NCBI GenBank assembly: GCA_000934665.2
Contig: KZ538979.1
Location: forward strand, 1-38,062
Origin: Catajapyx aquilonaris
Taxonomy: Eukaryota
DNA: 38,062 bases
Direction: 5' to 3'
The notes below the pieces were generated by a model. It did no database searches. It was not told the DNA's origin and saw only the letters and a list, made by a program, of their open reading frames with translations. The position numbers and the translations under genes were made by a program. Shown here one piece after another: positions 37,489 through 38,062 of this stretch (position 1 is its first letter; each line of letters begins with the position of its first letter).

Positions 37489-38036
37489 GCTACCGGTATG
37501 AATTTGGCCTCTGAGGAGGAGTAACTGTGGCAACGTTGTTATCGGAACAATAGACTTGCGCGAATGTGGGTGCGCATTCGGTTGAGTTCATTTAAAAACA
37601 TCATCTAATAGTCATAAGTTCATTGCCATGTAGGTGGTTACCAGTTCATTTCTCGACAAATTGCACCTCTACATTTTAGACTCATCTTGGCCCGTTCTAT
37701 ATCATCTGGGCAGAAGTTGTGTATGTCCCTGTACATAAGAGGGCGTGGAAGACATGCACTCTTTTTACACCAGATTTTTTTCCCCCCCTCCCAGCCCCTC
37801 ATCCCGATCTCTGATAAATACCCGGGCGCTGTCAGAGTAAATCTTGAAAAGCAAGCTGCTGGAATAATAACTCGTGACATCCGGAAGCAGGCGAGGGGCC
37901 CTGACTGCCTCGACATGGCGCCCATAAATTACTCCGCCCGCAAACAAGACAGCAGGAGAACCCCCCCATTTCCAACCCCTCGGTTCCCAAAACTTTTCGC
38001 AAACATATACCCAGGGTGAAGAAAATGGGAGGGAAG

Positions 38037-38062
38037 GAGAGAGAGAGAGAGAGAGAGAGAGA
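38037..38062. repeat. (GA)n microsatellite running off the window end
   Basis: 13 GA units. Confidence 0.95.

Larger units (their letters stand above)
37209..37607. mobile_element. Non-autonomous TIR element (family A, copy 2)
   Basis: Imperfect TIRs of about 50 bp: TAGATG..ATGAACGCAACCGAGT..TTCGCGCAA and TTGCGCGAA..ATTCGGTTGAGTTCAT..CATCTA. The interior is homologous to 1852-2414. Confidence 0.78.

Noticed and set aside
36557..37533. Long ORFs with poly-Leu, poly-Arg or poly-Ile
   Set aside because: These are translations of the (GAA)n and (AAT)n microsatellites.

Overview
This is eukaryotic (animal, probably invertebrate or arthropod) genomic DNA, almost entirely intronic. The only protein-coding sequence I can support is three internal exons on the minus strand (21063-20954, 2690-2497, 640-481). 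They have canonical GT-AG junctions and splice in frame into the N-terminal transmembrane half of an SLC35F1/F2-family transporter. The first coding exon and the 3' exons were not found in the window. The introns are full of non-autonomous transposon relics: CAGGGTG-ended palindromic Tc1/mariner-type MITEs with TA target-site duplications (TSDs), two copies of a DINE-1/HINE-like element, a Helitron-like 5' end, two copies of a TIR element that each carry a different nested insertion, and a ~66-bp hairpin minisatellite with a 5-monomer higher-order structure that was hit twice by the same MITE family. There are also microsatellites and a 54-N gap. I found no prokaryotic system, CRISPR array or RNA gene, and most ORF-track entries look spurious. 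The most novel-looking items are repeat architectures rather than a new protein system.
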